A DNA stretch of 41,559 nucleotides, taken from Lenisia limosa (taxonomy: Eukaryota > Protista > Breviatea). This document shows, piece after piece, positions 36,555 to 41,559 of this stretch. Each line of letters opens with the position of its first letter. The stretch's first letter is position 1. The notes beneath the pieces are model-generated. The model was given only the letters and a program-made list of their open reading frames with translations, was not told the DNA's origin and searched no databases. A program made the translations under genes and the position numbers. The stretch covers positions 1 to 41,559 of the forward strand of contig LPNZ01010237.1 in assembly GCA_001655205.1 (NCBI GenBank). Direction: 5' to 3'.

Positions 36555-37087
36555 GATTTACGCTGTCGTCCTACCGATAACTTACTTACTTACTTCTGAT
36601 AACTTGGAAGCTCTGCTCCACACAATTACTGCAACCCAGTTATATTAACCACACCCCAGGTTTCATTTCGCCATTGATTACCACATATAGAATGATATTT
36701 TTCAAACCGCTATCTATTATTAAAATAATAGTGTTATAGACGCGAGATTTCCTATTAGTAATTAAGATATTAGAGTTGTGTCCCGTACCAAGACAATTGT
36801 CCGAACGTCCGTGACAACGGAGAGTTGTGAGATTTCCCCGCGGTGTCCTAAACACAATTTGTTGAATTGATTAATAAAAGTTTTGGTGTTTCTCTTCCTG
36901 TCTGTTTCTCCTCGCAGAAAGGACTATCGGAAAAAGTGGCTGTTCTCTGCTTTTCGGCACTTCTCCTTGACTTCGGCCTGTAGTAACATAGAGCGCACAA
37001 GGCTGCTTTAACTATTGTTATTAGAATTCTACTAAACCGACCAACCCTGACTACCCTCACTGACCACCTCTGCGCCATCTCATCATC

Positions 37088-40000
37088 ATGAGGGCCAACT
37101 CAGATGTTGAACTGAAGACGAACTTGAGTTTTCACTCGAACAGATCTGACCTTGGAAAGGAGGTTCAGGAGGTATGGATTTTGTCTTTGTTTAGTTACAT
37201 TCTTCACATTCACTGGTTCAGATTTCAGCGACAACACAAGGAATTGTCTTCCTTCGGCTCTTTATGATTCTCTTGTAGGTGTTGACGTTGACTTGATGTG
37301 TGTTTTTATTTCAACAACATGTTTAATAGTAATTATTTATATTTAGGTTTGTCATTTCTATTGCCCTTGCAGTTTATCCTGCATGGACTTGGACCTTACA
37401 AGAAGGTTGGTTTTGTACTGATGTTTCCATTGTGACTCTGAATGTAGGATTGGATTCGGTTGAAGACCTTGCTGAAACCATTTCTGCTGACATTGTATCA
37501 ACTGTGGAGCGTGAAATATCAGGATGGATGTGCGTGATGTAGCGATCTTCTACTGCATGTTACCGTTGCAATTCAATGTTTGACATTTCTAGGGATAGTT
37601 TTGGCCTGTCTCTCTCCTTTGATCAAGTTATTGTGAGCTATAATGGACTCGTGTCAATCACAGCGGTTAACAGAGTTTGAAGGGATACGTTGAAGTTAAT
37701 TTTTTCAAAAATATTTTTTGTTTGAACGATGAATCAAAGTCACTGTTTAGAACCTCTTCCAACCAACATTGTTTGCACGGTTCAAGAAGTATTTTGTTGG
37801 TACTGCAGCAGTTTTCAGCAACGATGGTGGAATCATGGCTGCATATTCCCGAGTCCAAGACCCCAATACTGGTTGGGTGTGTATCTTCTATGAGCTTTTG
37901 GCTATAGGAACTGATTCGGTGTGCAAGTGTGACATTTATGTAGGTGAACCGTTATCATTCTACATTACATTGGATTCCCTTTCTGACCCTTTGATAATGA
38001 ATGCGTTTGAATCGAAATCTGGTGTTCCTGTTGCGGTATGTTGACTATTATTGCAAAATTAACACTTTATTAACCCATTCCCATAACAATTCAGTATGTC
38101 GGCAACCAGACTTTTGACAATCTTGGGGAAACATTTCCAGATGCTGTCGGTGGTGACGTCATTTGGTCTGGCATTGTAGATCAAAGTGGGTGTATCTTAA
38201 AACTGACATATGAATGACTGATTTTACTTTATAGCTATTGGAGGTGTTCAAATGGTACGAGTCCTAGCTGGGCTTCCCCTTTACAATCATTTGGTAGGTT
38301 TCAAAAGATCATTTTTAGTTTTACTCATCTGATGAATTTTTTGAGCTCCGGGCAATTCATATTATAGAATACTATATCATATAGTATATGTATTATTTGA
38401 TTAAATATTAATATTATTAATAATATTAAAATATCATATTTGTATATTAAACCATATGTACCATATGATATTTTTGTCTTGTTGATTTTGTAAGAGCAAA
38501 TTTTTAATAAATGTGTTTTATTCCGTTTATTTTTTTTCTTCCTTTTTCCGCGTTTTTCTATTTCTACCATTTTCCCTGTTTCTTCAGTAGTTTTTTTTAG
38601 TTTTTTTTTTTGCTTCAAGGGATATTTTATTAGTATTTTATTAATGTTAATTGCCCGGATCTCATCTAATTAGATGATCTTTTATGGAACATTTCTTTAA
38701 CAGTTTACTGTTTAGGGGACTAGAATTGGAGTGACAACTGTACGAGTGCCATTAGAAGTATTTTCCAGTATCTTAAACAAACTTGACTCACATGGAGGAA
38801 TCTTGTACCTTTTTGAAGAGTAAGTTCAGTGCAATTTCACAAAAGAGTGACGTCAACCTGTGACCATTATAGAGGTACATTCACTCTCCTGGGCACATCT
38901 GATGGAGATCTGACGGTCACAGTTACTGAAGGTGAAATTACATTGACAGGCTCTGATCGTGTTGTAAGTGGGGGGGGGATTCAATGGGTTGAACATGGTA
39001 ATACCAAATATTAATAATCAATATGACAATTGTAATATTAATCTTGTGCTTAATGTCATAGTAATGTGATATAGTATGTGCATAGTGCCGCTCTTTGGAG
39101 GGTAGCGATAATACTTGTTTCTGATACCATTTTATTTGCTCTTGTTTTGGCTCACCACATAGACTGAAAAAACTGAAGCAGTAAAAGCTGAAGTATTGCA
39201 CCACGCCTTAGAGGATCACCCTGAAGAAGTTTCTGAAACAATTATCGAGAGAACAACACTTGATGGAGTGGAATACTTCATGATTCAAAAAACTCTAAGT
39301 ATTTCTGCAACAATGGTGTGTTCTTTTTTATATACTATAGTATATCATATATACATATGATATAACAACATGGTTTACAACGTTTTGTGATTCTATAGAA
39401 AGTGAAGTGGCGGATTGTGAACCTTATTCCATCCAGCTTTTTCTTTGACAACATCGAATCAAGTAAGCAGGGTACCTATAATCCCAATTTTGATTTACCA
39501 ATAATTGGTGTTAATAATTCCCTTTAGGACAACAAGACGTCACGAAAGTGGTTCTATTTGTCTGTGTTGTGTCATTTGGCGTGACCGTGGTTGGATCAAT
39601 GATTATTACTCGCCCTATGAAACAGGCTCTTATTCTCAAAAAACGCCAGGGTGCTGTCATTTTAAAAGTTGGTCAACAATAAAACCAACCTTTGTTGGTC
39701 TATCATTTTTTTTCCAATTTGTAGAACTAACGCATCGTTACCGCCTGATGTTTTAGATCAATACCCAAAGAAAACAGCTCATTGAAATGGGAGAAGAAGT
39801 ATCAAGAGAAAAAACTGTAGCCGATGCCCTTTTACAACAAGTCTTTCCACCAAGTGTTTGTAATGCACTGATGTGTGGGTCCAAAGTTGAGGTTGGTGCG
39901 GCTTAGTAATTTGTATTTTGTAATCCTACAATTTTCTTATCTCCTTATTGCAACAGCCCCGTCGTCATGGTTCAGTGTCAATGCTGTTTACGGATATTGT

Positions 40001-41559
40001 ATGTGGTTCACTTGTGTTTTTTCGTTTTTGTGAGTTGACTGTTTTATTTCCAAGGTTGGCTTTACCGCTATGACTTTGAACTCTGATCCGAAGGAGGTGA
40101 GCTTTAGTAACCTTTTTAGCAATCCCTTCAGCAAAGATAAAACAACAAAATATGCTATGTATAGGACTTTACTTCGGTTCGAAAAATACCTTAAAAAATA
40201 CCAATAGTTTTCGAGGATTTTTCGAGAAATTCAGTCTTTTTTGAACCGAAGCGAAGTCCTGGCTCTGAATTTATGTATTATGATTTGACTATATTTTGGA
40301 CTGAAAACTTCTTACTCCTCTCCAGGTGATCACGGTGTTGGATTCCATGTACACTCGTTTTGATGGCCTTCTTGACTCCTTCCCAAAGCTCTACAAGGTG
40401 TGGACACATCAAAGGAAAATGAATGATAGTATTATATAAGTATATCATATCATATGATATGATATTATATAGTACCATGAGATACAGTATTATTATTCGT
40501 ATCTGTTCAAGGCGTTTGGCCCTCACATAGTATCTCATATCACAACAACTATCTGCTTTTTTTCAATTGGCAGTCTCGCTCATTCTTAAGCTTGAAACAA
40601 TTGGAGATGCTTGGATTTGTGTTGGTGGAGCACCAGAAGAACTTGAGGACCACGCTGAGCAAATTTGCCTTTTAGCAGTGGCGGTCATGGAGGTGGGTTC
40701 ATTACGCGCACAACAGACTTTTGCCGATCGAGATGAAAAAGTTAATAGTTAAGGATACTATGTTGAAATTTTTTTCTCAATGAATTGCTTGACATTTTAG
40801 TCATCACAAGATGTGAAAGGACCTCTTGGGCAAGACGTCAACATTCGTGTTGGTGTACACTCCGGATCTGTTGTCTCTGGTGTCATGGGTTTGTTTATTA
40901 AATTTGCTGATATAATTTTTAATAAGAAAGTAGTATTTCTTGGATAATATGATATAATACGTAGCTATTAGATATTGCAGGCCCAATAGTCATAAGGGTA
41001 ATCTGGGTCAGAACTGAATCAATTCGTCTACCCTATTCTAATAGTAATACCGGAAGGTTGCATTAAGTTTCCCAAATCACCTAAAATCAGGTGAAAAAAA
41101 TCCTCGTTGGACTCTCCAAGGCGCAGATATGAACATTTCAGCAAGAATGGAACGTAGGTTGAAAATATTTGTTCTGTTCGTGACGTAGTATACTTGTAGT
41201 ATTGATTATTTTTGGGCATCAATATTACAAGTGTACTACGTCATACGAACAGAAGTTTTGAGCGTTGCTCTACTTTACCAATATACAGTAATATGTAAGT
41301 AGTGTATCATAATGACATGGTATCTTAACAATTTACTATTAGATATTATTATTCGATACTGTCATTGGGCTTAATTTTTTTTAGAAACGGCTCTTGCCAA
41401 CCATATTCAAGCTTCACAGCAAACAATTGACAGTACGTTGTGTAAACCAACTACAACTTCATCCAATCTCTTTCTTCATAAATCTATGATTCACTATAAT
41501 ATTCAGTGCTACTTCCTAATACCTGTGTCAAGTATGAGAAACGTCCTGATGAAGTTGAT
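37088..41559 (+). CDS. Membrane-anchored class III adenylate/guanylate cyclase with a probable extracellular sensor region; runs off the window end
   Basis: N-terminal TM (IVFLRLFMILLFVISIALAVYPAW), then VFPPSVCNALM, SMLFTDIVGFTAM, LDSMYTRFD, LETIGDAWICVGG, NIRVGVHSGSVVSGVMG and NPRWTLQGADMNISARME. Confidence 0.88.
38303..38683. repeat. Degenerate fold-back inverted repeat spanning most of the longest cyclase intron
   Basis: GAGCTCCGGGCAATTCATATTA (38343-38364) vs revcomp of 38642-38663 GAGATCCGGGCAATTAACATTA (19/22), plus outer AAAAGATCAT / ATGATCTTTT. Confidence 0.65.
40162..40261. mobile_element. MITE-like element (hAT-like ends) in a cyclase intron
   Basis: Inverted ends AGGACTTTACTTCGGTTCGAAAAA and revcomp AGGACTTCGCTTCGGTTCAAAAAA (21/24), with termini TAGG/CAGG. 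The flanking 8-mers GCTATGTA and GCTCTGAA match at 6/8. Confidence 0.55.
41172..41254 (+). repeat. 35-bp near-perfect inverted repeat (hairpin) inside a cyclase intron
   Basis: Left arm TTCTGTTCGTGACGTAGTATACTTGTAGTATTGAT (41172-41206), 11-nt loop, right arm 41218-41254. The stem has one 2-nt bulge and two G-U pairs. Confidence 0.9.

Noticed and set aside
30705-41126. GC-AG introns suggested at 30705 (GCGAGT) and 41121 (GCGCAG)
   Set aside because: At 41121 the frame reads through as GADMN with no intron. At 30705 a GT donor 4 nt downstream gives the better reading frame.
1-41559. Stop-codon reassignment or non-standard genetic code
   Set aside because: Apparent in-frame stops fall inside predictable introns, and TAA, TAG and TGA each end a plausible gene (ygeW, APH-1-like, TFB5).
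1-41559. Introner-type families of near-identical introns
   Set aside because: Short introns share only splice and branch signals; I saw no repeated whole-intron sequences. The TIR elements sit inside introns and do not define their ends.
1-41559. rRNA, tRNA, CRISPR arrays or transposase/reverse-transcriptase ORFs
   Set aside because: I recognised none by eye; nearly all sequence is accounted for by spliced protein genes and short spacers.

Overview
Gene-dense, very intron-rich eukaryotic DNA (introns mostly about 40-120 nt, GT-AG, standard genetic code) with many N gaps next to homopolymers. The gene content suggests an anaerobic or microaerophilic flagellated protist (inference from ADP-forming acetyl-CoA synthetase plus axonemal AK9). 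I reconstructed about 12 spliced genes by hand: NMD3 (-, partial), AK9-like multi-adenylate-kinase (+, about 13.7 kb), CDC50 (+), APH-1-like (-), a Gln/Pro/Glu-rich orphan (+), ADP-forming acetate-CoA ligase fused to a C-terminal GNAT domain (-), a bacterial-type YgeW knotted carbamoyltransferase with five spliceosomal introns (-), TFB5 (+), two small uncertain genes, SEC1/Munc18 (-) and a membrane-bound class III nucleotide cyclase (+, partial). The best candidate for an undescribed system is the ygeW + ACD-GNAT tandem. It may be a laterally acquired, strongly codon-biased module for anaerobic purine/ureide catabolism and substrate-level ATP production in a eukaryote. Second, several long introns hold MITE-like or hairpin inverted repeats. 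All exon boundaries are manual and unverified by RNA data, and all family assignments rest on recalled motifs, not database searches.
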